Source: Octopus sinensis (Eukaryota). Taken from it: a stretch of DNA of 64,000 nt. The stretch lies in contig NC_043000.1 of assembly GCF_006345805.1 (NCBI RefSeq), forward strand, positions 42,904,001-42,968,000. The letters are read 5' to 3'. Positions within the stretch are counted from its first letter, which is position 1. Each line of letters opens with the position of its first letter. The position numbers and the translations under genes are program-made. Shown piece by piece: positions 23,051-36,560 of the stretch. The notes under the pieces are model-generated. The model saw only the letters and a program-made list of their open reading frames with translations. It was not told where the DNA came from and did no database searches.

Positions 23051-24289
23051 TAAGCATTTAGTGATAGTGAAAACTAGATTGAAGTAGAATTAAAATCTAA
23101 AAAAAGGCTTTTAGGAATGATGTTGCAGCAGACTTGATTGTAGCAAGATTTACCTTGACCATTTCTTCAAAGCGAAGTTAGAGCTAAGGTCCTTGCTGTA
23201 AGGTACGAAGAACCAAAGCCATTCCATGGGCCCGAGTGGCAGAGGTACAAGTGATTATAAAATTATAATTCGGTTTTAGGCGGACCCCGATGAATAAATG
23301 TTACTCAATTCGAAGCAGATGCGTACGGATTTTTTGCAGCATTTTGCTAGACTGTTCGGGACGAACTGTAAGCCGGATCGCTGGATGGACTTCAGCGCCA
23401 ATTACGATGGTCTGCCTCGACTCTCAAAGCATTGCATTTCGTGGTGTATACTTTAGTCCTCACTCAGACAAAGGAATGGTATATCAAAAACACAGAGTTG
23501 GGGAGTGCAGCTAGACGTTTTTCGCACGTGTATGTCCCAACCAAGTCAGTAGTGATTCAGGTCTGTCTAATCTTAGCTAACATTGACCTTATGTAACAAT
23601 AAATGCAACGTCAGAAGCAATGCCGCAATTTCATGAAATTCAACTATACTAGTTTCCATATTAACTATTAAGAGATATTAGTTGTATAGTGTCATTGGTT
23701 ATTATTTTTCTTAAATTATAGATTACAGTGTTAATAATTATTATCAAAACTTATAAAAGTTCCTTAGAATTTGCTTTTATTCGAGTGCAAAAGAACATTT
23801 ATTTAATCAAAACTGATGATATTTGGAAGAAAAAAGAAACAGCTTTTCGGCCATTAATTTTATACGTGTGTTTATATGTATATCCGTCTGTGTGCAAGCA
23901 TACGAAGGCATAGAAATAGGTAGTGTGTAAATTTTGTCTGCATTAATAATTGCGTTTAATATTTCTGCAAAAACAAACAAAAAGCAAAACATCTAAGTGA
24001 CAGATACACACTTTTAATATAGGCATTTTCAGTTATATAATATAAAGTGTGTGTGTTTGTGCATATGTGTGGGAAAGAAAAAGAGAACAAGGGGGAGGGA
24101 GAGGTTTTGAAGGTTATATTATGGAACTAGTAGTTTGTTTTGCATGCGTTTATATGTGTGTGCACGTGCGTGCGTCTGTGCGTGATTGTGAAAGAGAGAG
24201 AGAGATTTTCTGTGTGTACATAAATATGTGTGGTAGTGAATATGAGAGGTATACGTTTATCCTTCCCCTTTCTTTCTCTTAAACATACT

Positions 24290-24325
24290 TCATATATGCA
24301 CATATATATGTATGTGTACATGTAT

Positions 24326-24371
<46 letters not shown>

Positions 24372-24653
24372 ATATATATAAACATACACACAAATGTGTA
24401 TATATACACAACATATACACTAATATATATATATATATATATGTATGAGTATGTGTGTATCTATATGTATGTGCACACATGTATATGCATATATGTGTAT
24501 GCATAACTATATAGATGTATATCATGTTTATGCATCATAACATGTTTTATATATATTCATTTATGCTTGTGTAAATAAGTTATATATATTTATGATATAC
24601 ATATACGTGTAAACATATATAGATGTGCGTGTGCGTGCGTGTGTATATATATA

Positions 24654-24727
<74 letters not shown>

Positions 24728-25003
24728 GCATGTATTTATTTATTTATTCATGGGTGTATATATATGTATATATATGTGTGTGTGTGTGTGTATATATGCA
24801 TATATATATGTATACAAATATGTATATATATACATGTATTCATATATATACATATATGTATATATGTATATATATGTATATATATATATATATATATATA
24901 CATATATATGTTTATGTATGTATATATATGTATATATATATATATATATATAAATACATACATGTATATACATGAATACACACACTCACACAAGTACAAG
25001 CTG

Positions 25004-25025
<22 letters not shown>
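24290..25025. repeat. Long compound (TA)/(TG)/(CA) microsatellite region
   Basis: Read directly from sequence. Confidence 0.93.
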
Positions 25026-25034
<9 letters not shown>

Positions 25035-25324
25035 TGTGTGTATAATTTCTCGGTAATTAATTTTCAAACATTTTTTATTTATTTATTTTTTTTGGCTAAA
25101 TAAAGCAAACTAAAGCAATGAAAATTGCTATTATATTTTTATAGGAAGCAATTGGTCATGTACACAGTTTATACGGTTTTATGCCTTCCATTTAAGCTAT
25201 TATTCACAAATACATTAGAAATCGCTAATGCTTCATTGTCCCTCAACGTGTGAAATGATGTTTATAAAGTGATTAAGCAGTTAACAAAAGACCATCAAAA
25301 ATATATGAACTAAAATTAGACAAG

Positions 25325-25326
25325 AC

Positions 25327-25391
<65 letters not shown>

Positions 25392-25423
25392 TAACAATAA
25401 CTATAATAATAATATTAATAATG

Positions 25424-25460
<37 letters not shown>

Positions 25461-25504
25461 TAACAATAACAATAATAATAATAATAATAATGGTAATGAT
25501 AATG

Positions 25505-25558
<54 letters not shown>

Positions 25559-25570
25559 TTAATAATAGTA
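25325..25570. repeat. (AAT)n with GAT/AAC variants
   Basis: Read directly from sequence. Confidence 0.95.
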
Positions 25571-26046
25571 AAACAAACGGTAATGGTAAAACTACAAAAC
25601 AAAAATAACAGAGCAAAAGAAAAGATAAAATATATAATAATATTCCAGATAAATAAAAGTACTATGAAATAGCTAACGATATATGAGCACTATGGTATAT
25701 GTGTGTGTGTGTGTGCGCGCGCGGGCTTGTATATGTCTGTGTGTGTATGTGCGAGCTTGTATGTGTGCGTGTGTGTATGTTTGTGTGCATTTGTGTGTGC
25801 GTGAACAAGTGTGCGTAATGTGCGTATAGGGAGAACAATATTGTATATAATTATCTTGCTTTCTCTATATTTATATACGAGTACATATTTCCCATGGTCA
25901 AATTTTAAATCAGTATTTATTATTACATTCATTATAGTTATTCTATCATATAAGACAAAGCATGTGATAAAAGTATTAACGAACGTATAAGGGATTGTGC
26001 ATATACGTTACAACGTGAAAGGACGAAAATGAGTAATATAGTATAC

Positions 26047-26261
26047 TGGTTTTGAATTTTGGCATAAGGTCAGCAATTTCGAATGAGGGAGTAAGTCGAT
26101 TATATCGACCCCAGTGCTCTATTGGTATGTATTTTATCGACGCCGAAAAGATGAAAGACAAAGTCGACCTCGGCGGAATTTGAATTCAGAACGCAAAAGC
26201 GGACGAAATGCCGCTAAGCATTTTCCCGGGTGTACTAAGGATTCTACTAGCACGCCGCCTA
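26047..26261 (-). mobile_element. SINE family B
   Basis: AAAGTCGACCTCGGCGGAATTTGAATTCAGAACG...ACGCCGCCT is the reverse complement of the family B head and core. Confidence 0.85.
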
Positions 26262-29200
26262 AGCCCTAACTAGTAATATAATGTATTCAGAATGTGTGAA
26301 TATTTTAACATAAAATAAATATATAAAAACAAAAAGATGCCTATTTCCCACAAAGTTTAGGGAATAAAGACCATCCCACAACACCGATGATGCTCTAACG
26401 CTCTGCAATGCAGATATGAGCATACTTGAGTGAGTACTCCAGCATCTTAAAGTCAACTTTTGATATGATTTTCACCAACCATCCGTAATGTGGAGGCTCC
26501 TTGTATTCGTCCCATATTTCCTCACAAATAAATAAGTCACTTCTTTTTTATGTTTTCTTTCCTGAACAGCTCCACTAACATGTTTTCCCCCTTTTTCGAA
26601 TTTCATTAACTACAAGGGAAAATGGACGCCTATCTCACTTTATTCTCTGCCATTTCTTTTGGCTTTATCTTATTTTCTTACAGTTCCCTAGGGTTTCGCA
26701 CTTGTCCGCAGTTTTCACCTTAAGGTCTCTATTAGACTAAGATGTGGAACTATTATTTGTTGTCTCCATCTAATCTCTTCTTGGTAAAATAAACTTTTCG
26801 ATAACCTTGTGATCTGTTCCGACGGTCTCTGATGTCGATAATAGTGATGAAGAGACGATTTATTTTCTCTACAATCCAATTGTTCTGGAAGCTAGTGATG
26901 CTATGAAATAATTGAAACAGATCCCCATAGGGACTTATTGTTTCCCCATCCTCGTCTATTATCTGGTACATTTCTGTTCGATTGTCTTTCCTTCTGAAAG
27001 AATGCACTATGGTAACCTTTATTTTAACGTGTAACATCTATCTCTTCGTTAACACAACACATAGATATTCAGCGATTTAACTTCTTTTCTGCTCACTCAG
27101 TGAGGTACAAACACTAAGATAGCACTGTATATAGTTATTCGCGTCTATTACAGTCTTTACATAACCGTACTGTTATGTTTATGAAAAGTGAGAACAATCC
27201 GAAGCAAACTCCTATGAAAATATTTATGACTGAATCTCTTACTCTGTGGGAAGGGGTGTGACGTGTCAGCTTTGCCGATGTCTTCGATTATTTTTCTGTA
27301 CAAGAAATGCACTGCCATATTCCAAGCCACTGTTGGCAAGAGATCCCTCTAAACATTATCTAGAGAGCATCTGGAAACCTTAATTCCTCGCAGCTCTTTC
27401 AAAACAGAGGTATGTTACCTTCCTCTTCAAACTTTCATGGATAAATTCTTCCGACAAAGAGGTAATGTCTTTCTCGAAATTACTTGTCTGTGTTCATTTT
27501 TTTTTCTCATTTTCCTTGTTCTGGCTTATAATTAAGTCATTCATTTTGATCCAGAAACATTTGTAAAAGATGAATTATTGTTTTGTTATTGTAAATATTG
27601 TTCGCAACGGTGTTTCTATTAGTACACAGTTGTCCATTCAAATTAATGTGCGTAATGCTTCTTTTTATGTATCTTCCATTGTACGGCCTTGTGTGTTTAA
27701 GCTTGAACCTCTATTTCCGTTGACTTTTTCAAATTTCGTTTATCGTCTGCAAATATTTTGTAGGCATGCTTGTTTATAGTATTGACGTTTATTCTCTTAG
27801 CATTGCAGCATACATTATTTCCTAATATTACCGAGGCTGATAACAATACAAACATCTATTTGCCGAAATTATATGTGTAATTAAGAAAAAGCAATGCTGT
27901 TAGCCTACGCATAAGCAAAATCTTCGACCATATATAGCATGCAAAATTCCTATCTAAACTTCCCACAATTGATTGATCCTATTTGCTATTCTTAGGATCG
28001 ATAGCTTCCTATCAGACGAAACATGTCGGTTGCGCCACTGGCGCTCTTTCTGTCCATTCGTTTCTCGACCTCTCATCAAATATGTTCTATATGTTCTATT
28101 AGACCCCATATTAATCGTTACATCGAATCATTCTTTCCCAGAACATCAGCTAGGATCACCTCCTGCTCCTCTCTTTCCTAGATGTTGATTTGCAACAGCT
28201 TAGAGGGAACATTAACGGTACCGATATTATCGGTCTCCAATGCTGGCGGAGTTCATAGAGAACGTTCTTTCTTCTATAATCAGCAGGTAAAAGGACATAG
28301 TTTAGAACAGGCAGACATGTTTCATTATTATCTTCATCATCATCATCGTCGGCGGCGTCGCCATTGTCATCTTCATTATCAATGAGAATAGCAGCAACAA
28401 CACTAACGAGGCTGCATTTATGGAGTCATTTCACCTGCAGGAAATAGCTGACATATTCCACGTTTAAAGTACACTGCCACCATTCCTAAAAGAAGTCATA
28501 CTGTATAACATTGCATGCACTGTGCCTGAAGAGAGTAGGGTACAAGAAGTAAGCGTTCAAGACGGATAGCAAGTTAGTGAATAAAATGAATAAATGAGGG
28601 AATGTGGTAGCTGTCAATAGTACTAGACACTAAAAGAGTGAAAGAGGTTGATGTATCAATGATGGAAAAGCGAAAGCTTAAAAGTGGTTGGAAACTGTTG
28701 AATTAAATGAAGGCAATAAATACAATCCTATAGAATGCGGAAGCACCGATACGGTCGACGATATATTAACGGTAGAATTTGGAAGTACGGTTGGTGGACT
28801 AGGCGAAAATATAGACTTCATTCACTCACAAAATGTTAGCATTTATAGGGCCTAGCTTAGTATCCAAAGCTATTTCAGAACATTTTAGATAAAATTCATT
28901 GGGAAGTAGAATGGCCTGAAGCTAAAGACGAGTTCAGCAAAGCAGAGAAACGTAATGGTGTTGAGTGAACGTGAAAGGCTGAAATCAAAGAAGTGTCTTT
29001 GAGGACTAAAAATATGTTAGAGGCTGCTTCGTTAGCATAAATATATTAAAATCAGGACATGCGGAAAGGCCACTTGGAAGAGACGGAAACTTTTTAAAGA
29101 AAAATAATGTATAGTAAGATGGAAAAATAGAGTTATTTAGGAATTAGGGAAACAAGAAATATGTAAATATTCAATTATGGAATTATTTAATTCTCTAGGA

Positions 29201-29504
29201 ATAATTAATAAAACGGATAGAGCATGCTTAAGAACTAGTATTTTAAAACAAGAGACAAGAAATGTATAAAAGCATTAAAATAATAATCGCGATAACGTTA
29301 AAACCAATGTATAGGATTGTATTTATTCGAGACACTAAATAATTAAATAATTATAGCTTTTAAACAAATAATATATTAACCAATTAATATTATTAAATTA
29401 AAAAACAAAGTATTATTTAATTAATTATTTTGTTAATTAGGAAGAAGTTGAAACAAGGAAATTAGTGATTGGAAATACAATTCATATAAAATGAGATTAA
29501 CATT

Positions 29505-29640
29505 TAGTGTGGCTGTGTGGTAAAAAGTGCTTACTAACCTCATAATTCCGGGTTGAGTCCCACTGCGTGGCACCTTGGGCAATTTTCTTCTACTACAGCT
29601 TCGGGCCTTCCAAAGCCTTGTGAGTGGATCTCACAAGACA
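29505..29640 (+). mobile_element. 5' half of SINE family A
   Basis: GTGGCTGTGTGGTAA...GGGTTGAGTCCCACTGCGTGGCACCTTGGGCAA. Confidence 0.8.
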
Positions 29641-29751
29641 GTGAGAAACCTTTCGCATGCTGGTAAAATACTTCCAGTACAGGTTTACTTTGCATAATTT
29701 TTTTTAGCGTTTTCTCTCCGACCAAATACACAAGTGTGTCTTCATATACCT

Positions 29752-29980
29752 ATTTCTTTATTACCCACAAGGGGCTAAACACATAGGGAACAAACAAGGA
29801 CAGACATAGGTATTGAGTCGATTACATCGACCCCAGTTCGTAACTGGTACTTAATTTATCGACCCCGAAAGGATGAAAGGCAAAGTCGACCTCGGCGGAA
29901 TTTGAACTCACAACGTAACGCAGACGAAATACCGCTAAGCATTTCGCCCGGCGTGCTAACGTTTCTGCCAGCTCGCCGCC
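29752..29980 (-). mobile_element. SINE family B (variant 3' tail), well preserved
   Basis: ATCGACCCCGAAAGGATGAAAGGCAAAGTCGACCTCGGCGGAATTTGAACTC...GCCAGCTCGCCGCC. Confidence 0.9.
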
Positions 29981-30496
29981 GTGTGTCTTCATATACCATT
30001 CTCTAGTGCAAAAAAGAAATTTCTGGCTGCATTTTCCTCTTGTGTTATCCGTCTGGATCATTTAGAGTTGATAATCTTTATTACTATCTCACTGTAGCAT
30101 TTCGGCATTAGTTTCTGTGAATATTAGAAATACGACCAGAGCTCTATAATCGCGCAGTTGCTCTGGAAACTGCTGCTTAAAGGTAGAGAATCGCCTCTAG
30201 TTCAAAGTATGTTGCGGAACTGATAATAAAGAATAACTAGCATAGATATATTTCAATATACTTCTCATATCATATATTTTTCAGCCACAGGTAGTCATGA
30301 ATAGCAACATTTCTTCCTCCCTTTGGATTCATTAAATCAACATAACTCGGAACTCAACCTACATTAGAAATTTTATTTCATATTTATAATCAAAATAATA
30401 AGGAATGCAATGTGAATTTTTGTGTAAGAATACACACAAAAAAATTGAAGAAAAGAGTAAACTGGTGCAACTAGTTAAAGATCAGGAAAAATAAAA

Positions 30497-30545
<49 letters not shown>

Positions 30546-30767
30546 ATTTTACATATTTCCCCAAACTTCACTACACCATAGAATGGTACTGTGCGAAAAC
30601 GAAGTGGAATAATGAAAATAATAGTACAAATGTGCAAAATCAAAACGATATTGGTGAATGCTTTAAAGATCTCCTATCAACAGAATTTGATTGACATATA
30701 AGTTCAGACACTAATTGAGATCTTGTCAGATTCTTGTAAATAAAAAGAAAAAAAACAGGAATACATA

Positions 30768-31150
30768 GGTATGTATGTATGTATGTATGTATGTATGTAT
30801 GTATGTATGTATGTATGTATGTATGTATGAATGTATGTATGCATGTATGTATGCATGTATGTATGTATGTATGCATGTATGTATGTATGTATGTATGTAT
30901 GTATGTATGCATGTATGTATGTATGCATGTATGTATGCATGTATGTATGTATGTATGTATGTATGTATGTATCTATGTATGCATGCATGTATGTATTTAT
31001 ATATGTATGTTTACATATACATGTGTGTTTGTGTTTGTATGTCTTTGTGTTCATGTGTGTGTGTGCGAGTGTGTTTGTTTGTGTGTGTGTGTGTGTGTGT
31101 GAGTGTGTGTGTGTGTGTGTGTGTATGTGTGCGTGTGTGTGTGTGTGTGT
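30768..31150. repeat. (TATG/CATG)n grading into (TG)n
   Basis: Read directly from sequence. Confidence 0.95.
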
Positions 31151-31470
31151 TCTCAGTTATTTCCTTGTTTTCAGCCATGTCACGAATGACGGTTCTTGCA
31201 GTTAGAAAATGTAGACAACATTTTACAAGATGCAGACATGTGCTTTATTTTCTTTGTAACTCAACATCAGAACTGACAGCGTGGCAGTTGTTATACAGGA
31301 ATCCTTGTAAAACATGCTTCTTAAGTTTGCTTCCGATCAAAACCAATTTCCACTTGATCATGATTACATTTTTTTTAGACTGGGAAAATGGTTTATCTGC
31401 CATTATCTGAAGAAACAAACAAAGCAAACAAAATAAAAGAGAACATCGAACATACAGATATATGCACTCC

Positions 31471-31502
<32 letters not shown>

Positions 31503-31605
31503 CAACAATACCACAGCCAGTACCATAACAAGAACAACATAAACAATTAAACAAGAAGCGTTATATGATAATTATGAATATTGTCGTTACAAATCAACTT
31601 GTAAC

Positions 31606-31767
31606 AGGCGTAGGAGTGGCTGCATGGTAAGTAGCTTGCTTACGAAGCACATAGTTCCGGGTTCAGTCCCACTGCGTGGCACCTTGGGCAAGTGTCTTCT
31701 ACTGTAGCCTCGGGCCGACCAAAGCCTTGTGAGTGGATTTGATAGACGGAAACTGAAAGAAGCCCGT

Positions 31768-31814
<47 letters not shown>

Positions 31815-32036
31815 GTGTGTGTATATGTTTGTGTGTCTGTTTGTCCCCCCAACATCGCTTCACAACTAATGCTGGTGTGTTTACATCCCCGTAACTTAGC
31901 GGTTCGGCATAAGAGCCCGATAGAATTAGTACTAGGCTTACAAAGGATAAGTCTTGGGGTCGATTTGTTCGACTAAAGGCAGTGCTCCAACATGGCCACA
32001 GTCAAATGACTGAAACAAGTAAAAGAGTAAAAGAGT
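31606..32036 (+). mobile_element. Full-length tRNA-derived SINE family A with internal (TA)n
   Basis: GGCGTAGGAGTGGCTGCATGGTAAG (A box) ... GGGTTCAGTCCC (B box) ... internal (TA)n ... TGACTGAAACAAGTAAAAGAGTAAAAGAG tail. Confidence 0.9.
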
Positions 32037-32070
32037 TGTATGAACTATGTATTGAAATGTAAGATGTCAT

Positions 32071-32253
32071 AATCCTTTCTATTCTAGGCACAAGGCCTGA
32101 AATTTGGTGGAGGGGGATTGTCGATTACATCGACACCAGTTCTCAGCTGGTACTTAATTTATTGACCCCGAAATGACGTAAAACAACGTCAACCTCGGCA
32201 GAATTAGAACTCAGCACTTAGCAATGCTAATGGTTCTGCCACTTCGCCACCTT
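32071..32253 (-). mobile_element. SINE family B, tail-to-tail with the preceding family A copy
   Basis: AATCCTTTCTATTCTAGGCACAAGGCCTGAAATT tail and GTCAACCTCGGCAGAATTAGAACTC. Confidence 0.8.
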
Positions 32254-32309
32254 TAATGTAAGACGTCATAATGTTGTCATCAATGTAACAAATAGTACCA
32301 CCATACGAT

Positions 32310-32670
32310 GACCACTACCACTACCACTACCACCACCACCACCACCACCACCACATCAATGACGTCAATGATGACCACCATGACGGCCATCATCACCATC
32401 ATAGTCATCATCATCCTCATCATCTTCTTCATCGTTATCCTCATCAGGATCATCATCATGATCCTCATCATGACCATCATGATGATCATCACGATCATCA
32501 TTATGATAGTCTTCAACCTCCTCCTAGTCTTCCTACTCCTGCTTCTCATCGTCATCATCATCATCATTGTCTTCATCATCATCGTCAGCATCATCATCGT
32601 CGTCCTCTTCACAACCACCACCACCACCACCATCTTCACCATCATTATCCTCATCCTCGTTATCACCGTT
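32310..32670. repeat. Degenerate (ACC)n/(CAT)n triplet tract
   Basis: Read directly from sequence. Confidence 0.9.
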
Positions 32671-32744
32671 ATGCTCAATAACGTCGACGTGGATCTATTG
32701 AATCGAGGAAAAGAAGAGCCCCTGTGTATTCATTCAGCCTATTA

Positions 32745-32880
32745 GAAAAAAAAAGTAACTAAATCTCCCTTAAATAGAAGCTTACCACCTTAAAAATGGT
32801 ATGAAGCAAACCAATATATTCTAGAATGTTACGTTTAAAAAAAAGGTGTTTGGTCACGACTGGATTGCATCTCGTACAAA
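32745..32880 (+). repeat. Degenerate family E repeat
   Basis: GTAACTAAATCTCCCTTAAAT...GGTCACGACTGGATTGC. Confidence 0.4.
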
Positions 32881-33339
32881 CTAAGATGTAGAAGAACTGA
32901 CTGCGTAGGCGGAGAACGTCACTTTTACCGTATCGGAGATCAGGTATAGAGAGGTAATTAGTACTGTTCTTAGAGACAACGAGGCGGTGACAGGAGCAAA
33001 AATTAACCAGAAAAGTTAGTGGGCCTGCAGCCCTATGGCTGAGGAGGCAGTTACATGCCGTCCAACAGCGTCATGGAGCCCTAGACCGACGAACCGGTTA
33101 AATTGTTAGAGATCTGATTTGGTCCCAAAAGAGGACAAGGTATTATTTCACGTTTTTTCTTTTTCAATGTATTATCTAATTGTTTTTGTTTTGTTTTCCC
33201 ACGCCTTTATATTGTACTCTATTATGTTTTTTGGGGGGTGGGGGGCGTGCATCTGCTCTTACTTTCTATAACCCTAGTAATTAACAAAGATATTTTCATT
33301 ATCATCACCATTATCATCATCCTTATTACTATTGTTGTG

Positions 33340-33560
33340 AAGGCGGCGAGCTGGCAGAATCGTTAGCATGCCGGGTAAGATGCTTCCCGGCATTTCGTCC
33401 GTCTTTACGTTCTGAATTCAAATCCCGCCCGGGTAAACTTTGCCTTCCATTCTTTCGGGGTCGATAAAATAAATGCCAGCTGAGTACTTGGGTCGATGTA
33501 ATCGACTTTCCCCCTCACCCAAATTTCCGGCTTTGTGCCTACAGTAGAAAAATTATTATT
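33340..33560 (+). mobile_element. SINE family B
   Basis: AAGGCGGCGAGCTGGCAGAATCGTTAGC...TTTCGGGGTCGATAAAAT...GTAGAAAAATTATTATT. Confidence 0.9.
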
Positions 33561-33595
33561 GTTATTATTATCACTATTATTATTGTTGTTGTATT

Positions 33596-34693
33596 AAAAC
33601 TCGCAGCTTATATTACTGGGCATGGTGGAAAGTACCAACTGTCTACAGCCAGCAGACTAAGGTGACATTTCTTTACTGGTCACACTTTTTCAACCAAGTT
33701 GGTAGTTGGGTGCTGATACTTCCAAGTGCAGCACTTACTATTGGTATCGCGTCTACTCTCTTCATTGACCACAGCCTTCGTTTTTTCCACTTTAAATCGT
33801 CATAGTTGTTTATTTTTACTTCTTTCAAATTGATCATGTTGTCACCGGGCATGCTATATCGATTATCATACATGTTCTTTGTTTTTTATTCACCAAAACA
33901 ATGTTCGGCTTCTGATGTCTCGTCAGGTGATCGCACTGCATCATTGCATCCAACAGGATTTTGCAGTTCTCCTTTTCGCTAACTCCTGAGGTCTGCTGAT
34001 ACCACGTCTTTGCTCTTTGTAGGCCGTGATTTCCACAGAGTTCCCAATAGATCATTCTTGACACATTGTCATGGCGTCTTTTGCATTCGCGTTGTGCCAA
34101 TTTCGGGCATTCACTAACGATGTGCCATGCTGTTTCATCCCTCTCACCACATAATCTGCATTTGTCGCTATCGGTAGTGTTGCCTATTCTGCACTTCATA
34201 TAATTTGGTCCTTACTACTTGTTCCCGAGCTGCGCATATGAATGCTTCTGTCTCTATCTTCAGGTCACTTCCCCTCATCCATAGTCACCGGTCCTCTGCA
34301 TCTGTCTTGACGCTCACATCTCTTGCAAACTGACCATACATTTTCTTTTCCTTTCATGGTTTTTTTTTTTGTTCATTTCTTGTTTAAATTTTTCTTTCGT
34401 TACACAACTTTCAGTTTTGATGACGCCGGCCTTCTTCGTGTGTATCAGCAGTGGCTCCACAGCATTTTTTATATACCACCCTAGGCTGTTTTCTTCTGCT
34501 TGGATACAGTCCTAACAACTGATGAAGCCTATTCCACCCTTCCTTCAGGACAAGTACAGACTACTGGTGTCACTCTCAGGATGGAAGGCTCCTGTGTACT
34601 GTCAACATTTTTTCTGGTTTTGGCATCCATTTTCTTCATTTCTCTCTTTTGGCATTTTATAATTCCCGCTCCATACCGAAATGATGCTATTAT
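33596..34693 (-). mobile_element. R4/Dong-type LINE copy 3 (post-RT region to REL endonuclease and 3' end)
   Basis: FRYGAGII..KMDAKTRKMLT, LHPESDTSSLYL, EENSLGWYIKNAVEPLL, CRLCGERDETAWHIVSECPKLAQRECKRRHDNV, QKPNIVLV, IIDIACPGD, IPIVSAALGSI. Confidence 0.9.
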
Positions 34694-34784
34694 ACTTTCG
34701 GGGTCGATGAAATAATGAAATAAGAACCAGTCATCCGCTCCCAGAAAAAAAATTGAGGACTTGTATCTATTATAGAAAGAATTA

Positions 34785-34800
34785 TTATTATTATTATTAT

Positions 34801-34867
<67 letters not shown>

Positions 34868-34869
34868 TT

Positions 34870-34923
<54 letters not shown>

Positions 34924-34925
34924 CA
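34785..34925. repeat. (TTA)n grading into (TAG)n
   Basis: Read directly from sequence. Confidence 0.95.
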
Positions 34926-36029
34926 ACTGCTGTCGCAGTAAGCTGTTGCCGTCATCCATCTGCTGTCCATTCCTCTAGAGTCGATAAAATGTTTACCAGC
35001 TTTGTACCAAAAACGATTTTATCGACTATACTTTTGTATGATACTTCTGGGTTTTGTCAAGAATAATCGCAACGACCTTATGTCATTGTGTCATAACAAC
35101 TTCGTATGGAATAGCTGAAATATTGGAGTTATGTATATTTCCTTTATACAATTTTCTGTTTCTCTAGACCTGTCTTTATACAATCAAAAAGAAGTTCTTT
35201 ATGTAGTAAATCACATTTTCAGCTTTTATATCAATGTCAACTGTCATAACGACTCCATTTAATCGACAGATATATCACTTTGTCTGCAACAAAACTTTAC
35301 TATTATGATAGAAGCCAAGTCATCTTCGATATCAAAAAGAGTTTACAGCACATATTATTCCTAGTTTTATCTATTGAAATCTTTGTCCTAAATGCTGGTT
35401 TGTTGAGTGACCTCACATTTAATGATTCAGTTTTGACTGAGGATAGAACGTTTATTCCTATGAAAGCAATAAAGAAAAATGTAAAATTTTTATCTTCGCT
35501 TAATCACTCTTGTGTTAAGAAATAAGGCCAAAACAAAAGCAATATCTGTGGCATAATATAAAATATTAGAAACAATAGAACTGCATTTCATTACCATGAG
35601 AGCAATGTTTTGACTCTGGTATCTTAAATATATTTTTTGTGAAATTAAAAATGAGTTTCGTAACTATAAATTTTTAAATCATGCTTTTATTATTATTTTT
35701 GCTTATTATTTAATATAACGATATATTCACATATATAGGTTTATTTGTTACAAATGGATTATATATATACAAGCTAGTAATAAATCCGCGTAAACGAGTT
35801 ATATTTTCTTTTTACCAATCCGTGTTTAGTCAAGCTAAAGTGGAGTTCGCATTAGCCCTTTTAGCTGTAACATTTAAATTACCAGGCATGTGCTCGGATC
35901 TACTTTGATAACTATAAAACAAGTATTAACCATATACTATTATCGTCGCTGATACCATTACAAGAAACACAGCATACGGTACGAATGAAATGAAAACTTT
36001 CACCCTTCACTTTGCGAAATCTAATTTAA

Positions 36030-36504
36030 AGAGTCGCTAAGGGGTTTCAAATAAATTGTCTGGTGGTGTTCTTCCCGACTCTGTGTGGCTTGAGTTCAAA
36101 ACTTCTCCAAGGTAAACTGTTATTTTTTTTCCCTTTCGGCCTCAATAAATAAGGTACCAGAGCAATACTGGCATTGATTCTTATCTCTTACTCTGACAGA
36201 AACCGACTGGATGCGGATCAGGAGTTGATGTAACCGATTTCCTCATTTCCCGTAACTGTTGGCCTTGTGTAAATCATGAAACCAACATCGTATGTGTAAG
36301 TAAAGTGGCGTGCTGGCAGAGTCATTAACACACCGGACAGAATGTTTAGCGGCATTTCATCCGCCTTTACGTTCTGAGTTCAAATTCAGTCGAGGTCGAC
36401 TATGCCCTTCATCATTTTAGGGTTGATATGTCCCAGTTGAGCTGTAATGAACTTCCACCTTACATGAAATTGCTGGCCTTGTACAAAATATCTGAAACCA
36501 ATAT
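36030..36504 (+). mobile_element. Two tandem SINE family B copies (degenerate ~36030-36292; 36303-36504)
   Basis: TTTACGTTCTGAGTTCAAATTCAGTCGAGGTCGACTATGCCCTTCATC in the second copy; looser match in the first. Confidence 0.7.
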
Positions 36505-36524
36505 CGTGTGTGTGTGTGTGTGTG

Positions 36525-36560
<36 letters not shown>

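Noticed and set aside
26420-27420. Possible gypsy integrase or piggyBac remnant on minus
   Set aside because: Only vague resemblance; no diagnostic motif could be aligned.
27991-28032. Hammerhead-like string CTTAGGA..hairpin..GAA ACATGT C
   Set aside because: G5 is missing, helix I does not pair and helix II is irregular; compatible with chance.
35755-35790. Possible Helitron 3' end on minus (hairpin then CTAG)
   Set aside because: The hairpin is imperfect and no matching 5' end was found.
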